From Candidatus Multivoradales bacterium (GTDB lineage: Bacteria; Acidobacteriota; Thermoanaerobaculia; Multivoradales; J023): 64,000 nucleotides of DNA. The stretch spans positions 992,001 through 1,056,000 of the forward strand of contig CBDFLE010000006.1 in assembly GCA_965248925.1 (NCBI GenBank), read 5' to 3'. The notes under the pieces were generated by a model that saw only the letters and a list, made by a program, of their open reading frames with translations, searched no databases and had not been told where the DNA came from. Positions 49,994-60,900 of this stretch are shown here, piece after piece. Position numbers and translations under genes: made by a program. Each line of letters begins with the position of its first letter. Positions within the stretch are counted from its first letter, which is position 1.

Positions 49994-51082
49994 TCAGCGA
50001 CTCAGAAGTCGGCGCCACCAGCCCCCGCCCACCTCCTCCGGTAGGGCCTCCAACTCGCTCAAGGAAACCGGCAACAGGGCGATCGCGGCCTTGCGCATTT
50101 GCAGCAGTAGGAGTTCAGATTGGCGCATGCGCTCAGCCTCGTCTTTGGACAAGATCTCACCCAGACGGCGGCTGCCATCGAGGCGCGAGTAGAACTGACG
50201 CTCACTCTCTGAGAAATTGTCGAATTCCTCGTTCGAGGGTCGATGAACCCACAGCGGAACGTATTTGTCGACCACATCTATGGGCAACGCCAGGTGGCGC
50301 CTGGAGTGCAAGATTTGCTCCTCCGCGGCTTGTTCCAGCAGCAGATCGGTCACCCGCAGTTCGAGACTCGCGGTCGGCGACTCGCGCTCGTCGCAGATCC
50401 GTGCGATGCCATTCTGGTGCAGCTGGTAGGCAGCCATGAGGAACTGAAAGTGAGAGCCTCTGACCCGACCGTAGATCTCGCTCAAGGTCGACTTGCCGTC
50501 GATTTCTTCGCTCAGCCGCCGCTGCAGCGGCCCTAGTTCTTCACCCGGCCAACCCGCTGCTCGCGCCAACACAAAGTGATCGTGAGCCAGCACCTCAGTC
50601 ACCCGTCGTTTCTCGTCGATCCACCGAGTTCCCTCGAGGATCAGAGTCAAGGTCTCGATCGGCTCGGCCAAAATCTCCTCTTCCGGCGGCGCCTCGACCT
50701 GGAAAAAGAAGAGGCCGTGGTTCCACAGAAAGAGGTCGCAGATCCGGTCTTCGATCTGGTGCCGCAGGGTGCGCTGGATGACCTCCAACGACAGAATACC
50801 CTCCTCGATGAGCACCACTCCCAACCGTTTTTTGCGCGCTCGACAAAGGCTCAAACAGCTCACCAACTGGGCTTCGTCGAGCAGCCCATTGAGCAGCAAG
50901 TGCTGGCCATAATACTCCGCCGGATCGTCCGACACGCATGCCACCACTTGGCCAAGCTGAAAGTAAATCCGCTTTTCACGGCTGGCGCGGCGCAACACCA
51001 AAGAACCCGAGCGGCGTTCATTGAACGCCCAATTGAGCAGCTCGGGCATCGGGAAAGATGCAAGTCGACCGGAAAATTCCAT
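49994..51082 (-). CDS. DUF4388 (PATAN-like) domain protein
   Basis: MEFSGRLASFPMPELL...RSGSL...IYFQLG, RLGVVLI, LFLWNHGLFFF. Confidence 0.8.
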   Translation of the reverse strand: MEFSGRLASFPMPELLNWAFNERRSGSLVLRRASREKRIYFQLGQVVACVSDDPAEYYGQHLLLNGLLDEAQLVSCLSLCRARKKRLGVVLIEEGILSLEVIQRTLRHQIEDRICDLFLWNHGLFFFQVEAPPEEEILAEPIETLTLILEGTRWIDEKRRVTEVLAHDHFVLARAAGWPGEELGPLQRRLSEEIDGKSTLSEIYGRVRGSHFQFLMAAYQLHQNGIARICDERESPTASLELRVTDLLLEQAAEEQILHSRRHLALPIDVVDKYVPLWVHRPSNEEFDNFSESERQFYSRLDGSRRLGEILSKDEAERMRQSELLLLQMRKAAIALLPVSLSELEALPEEVGGGWWRRLLSR

Positions 51083-51111
51083 AGGAGCAGAATCCTACCC
51101 GCTGTATCCAA

Positions 51112-51147
51112 GACTGACAATGCAGTTTCGGGACTGACAATGGTCAG
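51112..51147. promoter_or_regulatory. Direct repeat / palindrome, candidate operator
   Basis: gactgacaatg at 51112 and 51132 (20-bp period); the second copy forms CTGAC-N4-GTCAG; lies between divergent genes. Confidence 0.45.
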
Positions 51148-51169
51148 CTTGAAACGCTAAGCTGAGCCA

Positions 51170-54067
51170 ATGAGCACTCCAAGAGCTATCGTTACCTGTC
51201 TGCTTTTGTTGACTTCTCAGGCAGCTTGGGCGCAGTCGCCGCCCTGCTCGCCTTGCGCTGGTATCCGGGTAGACAAGCCGTCAGAATTTGCCGACACCTT
51301 GGCCGCCGAGCCTCGCCTCGGTGCAGAAGAGCGGCTCTATGTCGCTTGGGAAGCGGCCCTCGACGGCTCGGCCGAGAGCGCACCGATCACCGCTATCACA
51401 GCCGCCGGCGGATCTCCTTGGGTGGTGTTGCAATTCACCACCGCGGCGCCACTGCTCGATCATTTGGCGAGCCTCGAAGGCGAGCTGCGGGAGGTTGCCC
51501 GACTGGTCAGCGGCTCCGGTCCGCGAGCCCACTTCCAGATCGACTGGCGACCCGCTGGGGAGATCGCCGACCCCGGCCAGCTGGCCTTCTTGCTCAAGCG
51601 TGCCGCGGTGACCATCACCGGTACCAACAGCGACGCTCGGGTATTGGCCGGCCCCCTGCCGGCGCGACCCGCAGACCTGCGCACTCTCTATGGCGAAGAA
51701 GTAGCCGCCTATCTCGACGGCATCGCTCTGACCCCGGCCGCGCCAGCCCAATTGAGCCAAGCCCTGGCCACCCTGAGGGAGCTCGATCCGGGCAAACCGG
51801 TGGTGCTCGACGCCTACGACTGGCCCAACCCAGCCGCCCGCACACTTCCCTTGGCCGCCGAGGCAGCACGCCAAGGAATCGCCGTCACCCTATTTAAATT
51901 CGGCGACCGCGAGGCCGCTGAGCTGCTGCCGCTGAAACTGCTGGCCCGCGAATTCCAGGGCGACCTGGCCTACGATCCCTACTCGATTCCCAGCGGTGTC
52001 GACGGCGCCTGGACTTTTGTCCGCGGCAGCGACTTGGGGTTGCGCCTGATCGTCGAGTCGAGCAACGAATCGCCGCTGTTGAAGTTCGACGACAATCAAC
52101 TCAAGGCGCCGACCTTGATCGACCTGAGCAGCGGTGAAGAGAGGCTTATATTCGGCCAGAGTCGCACCCGCGATGGCTTCCAACTTCCGTTGACCGACGT
52201 TGGTCAAGTCGCCCTGCTGCGGCTCGAACGGCTCAGCGCCAGCGAACTCGAGGGAATCGAAGAGGAACTCACGGTCGAGACCGAGCGCCAACTGCCAGTC
52301 GAAGAGATTCTGCGCCGACTGCAAGCTTTCGAAGACGCCCAGGCGCGGCGGCTGACCCACTACACCGCCACCAACACTCAGCACCTGCGCTTTCGCCTCG
52401 GCAATGGGGTGAGGTCCATCGAAGCAACATTCGAGGGCGACTTCTTCTATCGCCGCGGCGAGGGATTCGATTGGGCTTGGCAGAACTTGTACATCAATGG
52501 GGTGCGCTGGAAGAGCGACCGGCTGCCCGAGATACCGCTGATCCAGCCCGAGAAAGCCGCCGCCCTGCCGCTCGAGATCAGCCTGACCAAGGACTATCGT
52601 TACCGCCTACGCGGTACTGGCGAGGCCGAGGGCCGCGATTGCTGGATCATCGACTTCGCACCGCTGGTGGCCGAACCGGGCCTGCACCAGGGCACCGTAT
52701 GGGTCGACCGCGAGATCTTCGCCCGAGTCAAGACCCGAGCCCTGCAGGTCAACCTGGAAGGCGAGGTGATCTCCAATGAAGAAACCATGATCTTCTCGCC
52801 GGTCGCTGCCGATGGGCAGCCCAGCGTCTGGACGGCCGAGGCCTTCTACCTGCCTCTGCGCATCCTCGGCCAGCAGCTGTTGTCAGTGCTCAACGCCACC
52901 ACTCAGCTCGAGAAAGAAACCAGGCTCACCGCCGTGGTTATCAACCCCGAAGACTTCGAGCGCCGCCGCGCCGCCGCTTGGCAGTCCGCGGCCACCATGG
53001 TGCGCGACACCGAGCAGGGATTGCGCTACCTGGTCAAAGACGACGATGGCCAACGGGTGGTCAAAGAAGGCTTCGACGCCGATCGCGTTTTCCTCCTCGG
53101 CGGCGTTTTCTACGACCCCTCGCTCGACTTCCCCCTGCCGCTAGCCGGCATCAACTACCTGTCGCTCGACTTCCGCGGCAGCGGCAATCAAGTCAACGTA
53201 TTCTTCGCCGGTGCTCTGTTGCAAGCCAACATCGCCGAACCGCGTTTATTCGACAGCAAGTGGGACGCTGGGGCCAGCGTCTTCGGCTTTTTCCTGCCCA
53301 CCAACGATAGTCTCTACAGTGATGGGATCGAGATCGATGAGCAAGAGATCAAGAGCGCCAATGGCCTCTTGGCCGTCTTCCTCGGTCGGCCGCTGGGTGA
53401 ATTCACCAAGCTAGATTTCACTTACAGTCTAGGTTTCGAAACCTTTTCCGACGCCGACGACACCGCCGAAGAGTTCACCCTGCCCGAAGACACCCTCACC
53501 CAGACAGTGCAGGTCGACCTCAGCTACAGCCGCTGGGGTTGGCGCTTCGCCGCCCAAGGCAGCTGGAATCAGCGTGACGACTGGCAGCCCTGGGGGTTGC
53601 CGGGCAACCCGGACTTCGATACCGAAAAAGAAGATTACACGCGGTGGAACGTGTCATTGGCCAAAACCTTCTGGTTGCCCAAGTTCACCACCTTCGGCAT
53701 CGCGGTCGAGCATCTCGACGGCGCCGATCTCGACCGCTTCAGCAAGTACGACTTTGGGTTCTTCAGCAACACCTCGGTGAACGGCTACCAGAGTGGCCTG
53801 GTGCGCGCTTCAGAAGCCGATGGCCTGCACCTGACTTATGGCCTTAACATCGGCGACGTTTTCCGCTTCGAAGTCGAGGCCGACGCGGTGTGGGCCACCG
53901 ATGAACTCACCGGGCTCGACCGCGAGCTGCTGGCCGGCGTGGGTCTTGAGGGGCAGGTGATCGGCCCCTGGCGAACCCTGGTCAATTTCTCCCTTGGCGT
54001 GCCGGTCGCCGGGCCAGCCGAGGACTTCGTCGGCCGCATCTTCTTCCTCAAGCTATTCAGCAAGTAG
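51170..54067 (+). CDS. Large exported multidomain protein, probable outer-membrane beta-barrel C-terminus
   Basis: Signal peptide; alpha/beta N-terminal region; LolA/MucB-like middle (YRYRLRG...CWIIDFAP...GTVWVD); amphipathic beta-strands ending FFLKLFSK. Confidence 0.7.
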   Translation: MSTPRAIVTCLLLLTSQAAWAQSPPCSPCAGIRVDKPSEFADTLAAEPRLGAEERLYVAWEAALDGSAESAPITAITAAGGSPWVVLQFTTAAPLLDHLASLEGELREVARLVSGSGPRAHFQIDWRPAGEIADPGQLAFLLKRAAVTITGTNSDARVLAGPLPARPADLRTLYGEEVAAYLDGIALTPAAPAQLSQALATLRELDPGKPVVLDAYDWPNPAARTLPLAAEAARQGIAVTLFKFGDREAAELLPLKLLAREFQGDLAYDPYSIPSGVDGAWTFVRGSDLGLRLIVESSNESPLLKFDDNQLKAPTLIDLSSGEERLIFGQSRTRDGFQLPLTDVGQVALLRLERLSASELEGIEEELTVETERQLPVEEILRRLQAFEDAQARRLTHYTATNTQHLRFRLGNGVRSIEATFEGDFFYRRGEGFDWAWQNLYINGVRWKSDRLPEIPLIQPEKAAALPLEISLTKDYRYRLRGTGEAEGRDCWIIDFAPLVAEPGLHQGTVWVDREIFARVKTRALQVNLEGEVISNEETMIFSPVAADGQPSVWTAEAFYLPLRILGQQLLSVLNATTQLEKETRLTAVVINPEDFERRRAAAWQSAATMVRDTEQGLRYLVKDDDGQRVVKEGFDADRVFLLGGVFYDPSLDFPLPLAGINYLSLDFRGSGNQVNVFFAGALLQANIAEPRLFDSKWDAGASVFGFFLPTNDSLYSDGIEIDEQEIKSANGLLAVFLGRPLGEFTKLDFTYSLGFETFSDADDTAEEFTLPEDTLTQTVQVDLSYSRWGWRFAAQGSWNQRDDWQPWGLPGNPDFDTEKEDYTRWNVSLAKTFWLPKFTTFGIAVEHLDGADLDRFSKYDFGFFSNTSVNGYQSGLVRASEADGLHLTYGLNIGDVFRFEVEADAVWATDELTGLDRELLAGVGLEGQVIGPWRTLVNFSLGVPVAGPAEDFVGRIFFLKLFSK

Positions 54068-54071
54068 GTCC

Positions 54072-54461
54072 TTGGCCCGCCGCCCCGAAGATCGCCCCGA
54101 TCGCCTGCCGGTCGAGCCGCCGGAGATGGAAATCACCGACGTGCTCGACCTCCACTGCTTCCGCCCAAAAGAGATCGGCGACTTGGTCGAGGGCTATCTG
54201 CGGCTTGCCTCGCAGCAAGGCTTGCGCCGCGTGCGGCTGATCCACGGCAAGGGCATCGGCGTACAGCGCAGCCGCGTGCATGCCATCCTCGAACGCCAGC
54301 CCCTAGTGGTGGCCTGGGGCAATATGCCGCCCGAGGCGGGGGGTTGGGGGGCGACTTGGGTGGAGCTGGGAAAGAACGGGCAGACCACCAAAGACCTTTC
54401 CCCACGTCTTTCCACCAACAGTGCCCAGCGGTCCAATCTTGACCGCAGGAAGTATGACTGA
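54072..54461 (+). CDS. Smr/MutS2 C-terminal domain protein
   Basis: LDLH...RLIHGKGIG...GGWGATWVEL; the start is TTG 54072 or ATG 54126. Confidence 0.88.
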   Translation: MARRPEDRPDRLPVEPPEMEITDVLDLHCFRPKEIGDLVEGYLRLASQQGLRRVRLIHGKGIGVQRSRVHAILERQPLVVAWGNMPPEAGGWGATWVELGKNGQTTKDLSPRLSTNSAQRSNLDRRKYD

Positions 54462-54874
54462 GGGTATGCACCGACCCTCTCAGGGTACATCGCAGAGCCT
54501 TGACGCCATAGCAGCCCGCTACCGTGTACCCTGGCGGGATAATTTCCGGCACGGCTGAACCAGTTCTGCTTTGCCAGAGAGTCTACTCCTGTCTAGAGAA
54601 GTACTCATTCCGGACTTCTCGCTTCTGCCCACAATTGGAGAGAATCGCTCAAGTCCCTCGCCTAGTTGCCTAGCAGCAAGGCGAAGAGTCTTCAATGAAG
54701 CCCAAAGTACGGATCCGCTGCTAGCTTGGTGGCACCGCCTGCACAGAGCGACCGCAGTGGAGCGGCCTCAGGAGAGGTGGGTACAGGGGAATTCGATGGC
54801 TACAGATCCCGCTTTGAACGTCCCAAGTGAATTCAGATTTGGCACATCGCTCGAACCCGGAGGTTGATCGTTCT

Positions 54875-56221
54875 TCATTGTGGGCGAAGTCCCAGCCTTC
54901 GCCCACACCGAAGTTTCTTGCGGATAGTTTCTAGTTCGCTCGATGCAGAAGTAGTCCAATCGAGGCGGTTGAGCTCAACCAGCGCTGCTTCCACCGCTTC
55001 GTTCGTGTCGCAGGACATCATCAGTCTTCCCATGTCACTGATAACAGCCCTAGCTTCGCCCAGCTCCCCTAAAGCAATCTTCACCTCGACAAGATCCACG
55101 CTTGCAAGAGCAGTGTCTATCGGATTGATACCGGCGAAGAGCTCCATCGCCAATGAAACACGTGCCTCGGCCGCTTCAAGGTTACCAATAGACTGCTGGA
55201 TCATTGCATCGGTCCAGAGCAGCCACGCCTCTAGATATGGTGCACCGCCATGCGGCAGAAAAGTCCTCGCGGTTTGCAACTGAACATCAGCTTCAAACGG
55301 CATTTTCTTTCGTGCAAACCAACCGGCAGCACACTGGTGCATGCTAATTGATCGAAGCCAGTTCGAAGAACCCTTCAGGAGATCCAGGTACCAGCCGAGA
55401 AGTCGATCGTCCATTTCATCTAGTTCAACCAAACAGCGAGCAGTCGCTACTTCTGCTTCAAGGTAGCAAGCCGAGTCGCCCAGCGCCAACCGCCGAGCCT
55501 CCTTGTAGTACCTCTGTGCTTTGGAATACTCTCCAAGTGCGAAAATAATCTGCCCGCCGGTCATAAAGGAAATGAAGGAACCTCGCCCGCATGATGGCGC
55601 CACCATGCTGTAGGCCGCACTCTTCGCAGCCGTCATCCAGCCGCCTAGCTGATTGGCGCTTACCAAAGCCCTGCTTGCCTTCAAGACTCCCGCACAGCAA
55701 CCGCCGCGTCCTCCGACCCCCTCGACCAAAGACTGGGCCAACTCCGCCGAGGCACCCGGATCTCTGAAGCGAACGAAGGCTAGGTGCTCACAAGCTACCT
55801 CCACCGCCTGCAACGTTCTCCAGCACTCTTCCTCTCGAAAATGCTGGGCCAGCGCCGCCTCCGGTAACACTTCGAGCAGCAACTGAAGCCTGTGCGGCTC
55901 CGTAGCGCAGCAGGAGGCAGTCTCGCCAAGGAACGCCGCACGCAGAGCAGCACTGACCCCTGAATCGCCACGACTGGTACCGAGGAACTCGGCGGGGTCG
56001 AGCCCGGTCACCCTATTGAAGAACTCTTTGGGCGACACCCTCATCGCCGCCAGCACCAGATCTAGGCTGGGCAAGCTCATCGCGCCAGTGTTCAGCGCGC
56101 GACTCAAATAGCCAGTGCTGAGGCCAGCTCGGACATCGATTTCTCCCTTCAGCAGCGCGTGAGCCTCGACCATCCGGCTCAGAACTTCGATCACCCTTGA
56201 TAGTAGCTTCCCCTCCATCAC
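54875..56221 (-). CDS. XRE-like HTH + TPR-like helical protein (lower GC)
   Basis: EIDVRAGLSTGYLSRAL...VSPKEFF HTH-like N-terminus; helical repeats; codon usage differs from the flanks. Confidence 0.6.
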   Translation of the reverse strand: MMEGKLLSRVIEVLSRMVEAHALLKGEIDVRAGLSTGYLSRALNTGAMSLPSLDLVLAAMRVSPKEFFNRVTGLDPAEFLGTSRGDSGVSAALRAAFLGETASCCATEPHRLQLLLEVLPEAALAQHFREEECWRTLQAVEVACEHLAFVRFRDPGASAELAQSLVEGVGGRGGCCAGVLKASRALVSANQLGGWMTAAKSAAYSMVAPSCGRGSFISFMTGGQIIFALGEYSKAQRYYKEARRLALGDSACYLEAEVATARCLVELDEMDDRLLGWYLDLLKGSSNWLRSISMHQCAAGWFARKKMPFEADVQLQTARTFLPHGGAPYLEAWLLWTDAMIQQSIGNLEAAEARVSLAMELFAGINPIDTALASVDLVEVKIALGELGEARAVISDMGRLMMSCDTNEAVEAALVELNRLDWTTSASSELETIRKKLRCGRRLGLRPQ

Positions 56222-56427
56222 ATGACGCTCCTATTTTGATTCCCGCGAAGCCTAACACGACAGGCAGATAGACAATCGAGTCAGCAAGAATGCTGATCCA
56301 CCTGCCGCCATACCGCGATGATCTCAGCATCTTTGCTGATTCTTCTAAATTTTGCTCAGAGAGATTCGCCTGCCCTCTAGGCTCTTGGCATGCCTGAATC
56401 GTTCCCACTCGAAAGTAGATCGCCCCG

Positions 56428-56715
56428 ATGACCGACAACCAAATCCAAGCCGCCTTGAGCCCCCTTAGCGGCTGGCACCGCGCCGAAAACGCGCAAGCGA
56501 TCGGCAAGCACTACCTGCTCGACACCTGGCGCGACGCCATGATCTTCGTCGACTTCGTTCTCTTCACCGGCGAGCGGCTGGCGATCACCCCGCGAATCGT
56601 CATCGTTGGTCGGCGGCTCAGTGTCCAGATCGGGCCACGACCCCCAGTCAGCCTGAACAGCAGGCATTTCGAGTATGCCCACTCCCTCGACCTCCCATGC
56701 GGATCCGGCGGTTAA
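56428..56715 (+). CDS. Pterin-4a-carbinolamine dehydratase-like protein (degenerate)
   Basis: IQAAL..L.GW...AI.K.Y....A..FV pattern and size; lacks HHP. Confidence 0.6.
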   Translation: MTDNQIQAALSPLSGWHRAENAQAIGKHYLLDTWRDAMIFVDFVLFTGERLAITPRIVIVGRRLSVQIGPRPPVSLNSRHFEYAHSLDLPCGSGG

Positions 56716-56739
56716 ACCCTGAGGTCGCTGGAGCCCTCT

Positions 56740-56780
56740 CTCAGGGCCGGGCATCTCTCCCGGCCCTGAGGCTTTTTTTT
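56740..56780 (+). terminator. Intrinsic terminator
   Basis: 12-bp stem ctcagggccggg/cccggccctgag followed by a T8 tract. Confidence 0.85.
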
Positions 56781-56813
56781 CACCCGGTCATGACACTCAC
56801 CTGGAGAGCAGCA

Positions 56814-57137
56814 ATGAAACCAGAACGCATCCAACTCGGCTTGCAGGGCTTGGTCCACTGGCGTCAACCTAGTACCGCCGACCAGGTCATCAGCCGGCAG
56901 ATCGGCCTCGCCGACTTCACCAGCGCCAGCGACCTGCTGCGCAAGAGCCTAGTGCTGGCCAAGAAGCTGGAGATGCCGCTCGATCTACACCTCCAAGGCA
57001 GCACCTTGGAAGTGCGCCTGCCCTGTGCTCCAGAAACCGAACTCACCGAGCGCCACCTTTTCCTGGCCCGCGCCATCGAGAGCCTCGCCGCCGAGGGAGA
57101 GCAGCGGGCACCCCGCCAAGTCAATGACCGCCGGTGA
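56814..57137 (+). CDS. Second PCD-like protein (degenerate)
   Basis: MKPERIQ..L..L..W...ISRQ....DF..A...LTERHLFLARAIE; GGAGA upstream; lacks HHP. Confidence 0.55.
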   Translation: MKPERIQLGLQGLVHWRQPSTADQVISRQIGLADFTSASDLLRKSLVLAKKLEMPLDLHLQGSTLEVRLPCAPETELTERHLFLARAIESLAAEGEQRAPRQVNDRR

Positions 57138-57235
57138 ACTTTTTCGACGCCTGTTGTAACGAAGCCGGCCATTTTACGCCTATAGATACTGAAGCGACTC
57201 TCCGAAACCCGCGTCCGCGAAAGGAGCAAACCCCA

Positions 57236-57907
57236 ATGCCGAGCCATCACCTCCCTCTTGCCTTGCCGGTTCTTCTACTCACCGCCCTGCTCACCCTGCC
57301 ATCCCCGACCCAGGCTCTCGACCTGACCTTCGACAGTCACGCGGCCACCGCCGTCGGCTTGGCGGCCGACACCCCGGTGGCCTGGCTGTGGACCGGGCGG
57401 GTGGTCGAGGGCTATTCCACCCGCGTTGAACTCGAAACCCGCGCCGGCTTGGCCGACCGCTCTGGGGCGGTGCGGCTCCAGAGCGAGCGCCCCTTGCCTG
57501 AGCAATCGATTTGGGCCTTGGCTGACCTCCGCAGCGGCGACCTGCTGCTCGACTGGCCAGCGGCCTCGCAAGCCAGTCTGCTGGAACTACCCGCCGTGGA
57601 CCTGGACCCCGACCGCCTGGCCCTCGCCGGCCGCCGTTTCCAGGCCCTGCTGATCCGTCCCGGCGTCGGCGCCTGGTCAGCCTTGGTGACCGATGGCGGC
57701 GACGCCGATGCCGACGGCGAACAGAATGCCAGCGTCACCGTGGCGGTGGAGCATTTGCTGCCGCTGAATGAGGAGACCCCCTCCGCCGCCGAGCGCTTGC
57801 GGCCGGGTGATCGCCTGCTGCTGGCCGACCCCGACCACCTACGTCTGTGGGTCGCCGCTATCGATCGCGAGTCGTTCAAGGACCCATCGCCCGACACTTC
57901 ACGCTGA
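57236..57907 (+). CDS. Secreted hypothetical protein upstream of Rhs
   Basis: AAGGAG RBS; signal peptide ending TQA; RPGVGAW...DGGDADADG acidic motif. Confidence 0.7.
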   Translation: MPSHHLPLALPVLLLTALLTLPSPTQALDLTFDSHAATAVGLAADTPVAWLWTGRVVEGYSTRVELETRAGLADRSGAVRLQSERPLPEQSIWALADLRSGDLLLDWPAASQASLLELPAVDLDPDRLALAGRRFQALLIRPGVGAWSALVTDGGDADADGEQNASVTVAVEHLLPLNEETPSAAERLRPGDRLLLADPDHLRLWVAAIDRESFKDPSPDTSR

Positions 57908-57924
57908 GCCCCGAGGAAAAAACT

Positions 57925-60900
57925 ATGAAAACTACCCCCCAGCCCTTCCGTCTGCTCTCCACCGGCTGCCTGCCGGCTTTGATTCTGGCTCTGCTGCCAG
58001 TGCTCTTCCTCTTGTTCCCAGCGATCTCTCATGGTGCGCAACAGCACCCCACCAGCGAGCGTGGATTCACCCCCGAGAAAGCCTACGCCTTTGGCGATAT
58101 CGATCACGTAAGCCTCTACAACGGCGCCCTCACCCTGACCCTCCCCATCGGCCCCACCTACCGGGTGGGTCGCGGCCTGTCCTACTCGCTGACCTTGGTC
58201 TACAACTCTAAATTGTGGGATTGGGAAATCGAGTGCGGCACGGGAAACTGCGACTCGGTGGCCTGGGCCAACCGCGACAGCAACAGCGGCTTGGGTTGGC
58301 AGCTTTCCCTCGGAAGGCTGGTGCCGCCGCTGACCCCGCCGCGCAACGACACGCCTCGCTGGTTATACATTTCAAGCGATGGCAGCGAGCACTTTTTTTA
58401 CGACACGCTGGCCAACGAAGCCCCGGTGGCCAACGTCTACTACAGCCGCGACAGCACCTACTTGCGGCTCAAGAAGGCGGGTAGCCAGTGGCAGCTCGAA
58501 GACGGCAGCGGTGTCACCCACACCTTCAACGCCAATGGCGACCTGCGGCGGCAAGAGGACGCCTTCGGCAACTACCTGACCATCGGCTATGACGCCAATA
58601 CCTGGGATATCGCCGACAGCACCGGCCGCACCCACACCCTGACCTTCGCCAACAAGTTGCTCGACGGCGCCCAAGTGCCGCACCTCACCCGCGCCAACCT
58701 GGCGGCTTTCGGCGGTCAGCGGGCACTTTGGAACTTCACCTACCAGCTCGCCACCGTCGACCGACCCGTCCCGTCGCCGAACGCGGGCGCCTACGCAGCG
58801 CCGAGAGCGCACTTCCTGACCAAGATCTCACTGCCCCACGGCCAGAGCTACGAGATGGGGCCGGTGGCACAGCGCTATCACCTGTCGCGTGTCACGGACC
58901 CGCGTAGTGTCGGTCAGATCAAGGCGGTCGATTTGCCCACCGGTGGCCTGGTGGCCTGGGCGTACGAGAACTACAAGTTCTACACCAACGGCGAACCGCT
59001 GACCGGTCCGGGGCGTCCGCGGCTTGAGTTTCAGCTCTCCTCAGGGGTCAGCTCGCGGCGCCTGATCGACACTACCGGCGGCGAGTTGGGCAAGTGGACC
59101 TACGATCAGGTGGTGACCTCGGAGGGTGGCAACCCGGCGGTCGAGTCGATCACCACGGTCCGGGCACCCTCGGGTCAGCGGACGATCCACTTTTTCTCGA
59201 CCTACCAAGGGGGCACCACCAGCGTCGCCACTGCCAACGAACTCGATCTGGGGCTGCCCTTCACGCCGAAGAACCCGGTGGGTGAGCGGCGCCTGTCGCA
59301 GCGGGTACTGTCGGCCGGCGGCACCGACCTTCGCCGGGTCGAGGTAGGCTATAAACGCGATGCCCCCGCGCCAGTGAGGGATGAGCAGGTCCGTGGTCAG
59401 CTCGCCCCCGCGGCGCGTGACCGTAATCAACGAAAGTTCGTCACCCGCACGATCTACAAGGACGACGGCAACAGGTACGCCGAGGACCGCATGTCGGGCT
59501 ATGACGGCGTCGGCCACTATCGGCGCACAGTGCGCAAGGACAACTTCGACGGGGTGAAGACGCGCAACCAGTTCACCCGATATCATCCCGGCGGCATGCC
59601 CAACACCAACCAAGACTGGGTCCTCGGAACCTACACCTACCAGACCACCGTCGACACCGGTGGCGCTACCTTGCGCCGTGACACCTGCTTTGATCCGGCG
59701 ACCGGCTTCTTGAAAGTCGAGCGTGTGCGCAAGGCCAACCCCTTGCCAGGCTCGGACGACGTGGTGCGCACGATGAGCTACGACCGCGATCCCGGTAGCA
59801 AGATCGAAACCGTGGTCGTGCGCCATTTCGGCGGTGATACGGGCGCCGTGGCGGCGCCCGGCGACGTTTGCGCGCTGAATCCGGCGCACAGCACCAGCCA
59901 CGTTGCCCTGGAGCACAAGTGGCAGTACGGCTCGGGCCGCTCAAGCCAGTACTTGAAACTCGATGGCAGCCGCTTCTCCTTCTTCGAAGTGCTCCAGGCG
60001 GTGGATCGGAACAGCGGCCTGATCAGTGCTAGCACCGACCGCTCTGGAATAGTCACCGGTCTCAAGTATGACCTTCTTGGCCGCCGAACCGAATTCAAGC
60101 CCTCCGCCGGCCATGGCGCATGGACGCTCTACGCCTACACCAACACCTTCAACTCGGCCGGCCCCGGAGTCGAGATCCGTCAGATCGACCGCGATACCAG
60201 CGCCGCGTTGGCCAAGCGCGAGCTACGTTTCGACGGCATCGGCCGGCTGATCCTGGAGCGCCAGCGCCAGCCCGGCGGGCTGTGGGCCAACCGGGTGACC
60301 GCCTACAGTGGAGAAGGTTGGACTCAGAGCGAGTCCGAGTGGTACCGCCCCGCGGGCACCGTCCACCGCACTTATTTCGATTACGACGCCTTTGGTCGGG
60401 TGACCAAGATCGTGCCGCCAGACGGCGCTACCCACGATGTGAGAGTGACCTACGTTGGCGATCGGCGGGTGAAGCGCTGGGGGCGGGTGGGGACCTCGGT
60501 GGCTGGCAACGGCAGCGTGAACCAAACCCAGTTTGCCACCGAAGAGATCTATGACGGCTACGGCCGGCTGGTGCGGGTGTCCGAGCCCGCGGGCGGCCTG
60601 CTGGCGACCTACTTCTACGACTCCGGCGATCGGCTGAAGCAGGCTAATCTGAAGGGTGGAAGTACCACCCAGATTCGTACCTTCGAGTACGACGGCCGAG
60701 GCTTTCTCCTCTCCGAGAATCACCCCGAGGCGCAGCAGATCACTTACAGCAACCACGATTCTCGCGGCAAGGCCCGCCGGCGGGTGCAGGCCGGCGTCGA
60801 CCTGTCCTACACCTTTGATCGGGCCGAGCGACTGACCCTGATGCGCGAAGGCTCGGCCGGCAATAGGGTGCTCAAAGAGCTGACCTACGCCACCACCAAC

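Noticed and set aside
54462-54874. Short ORFs in the low-GC gap after Smr
   Set aside because: No motif, RBS or codon-bias support.
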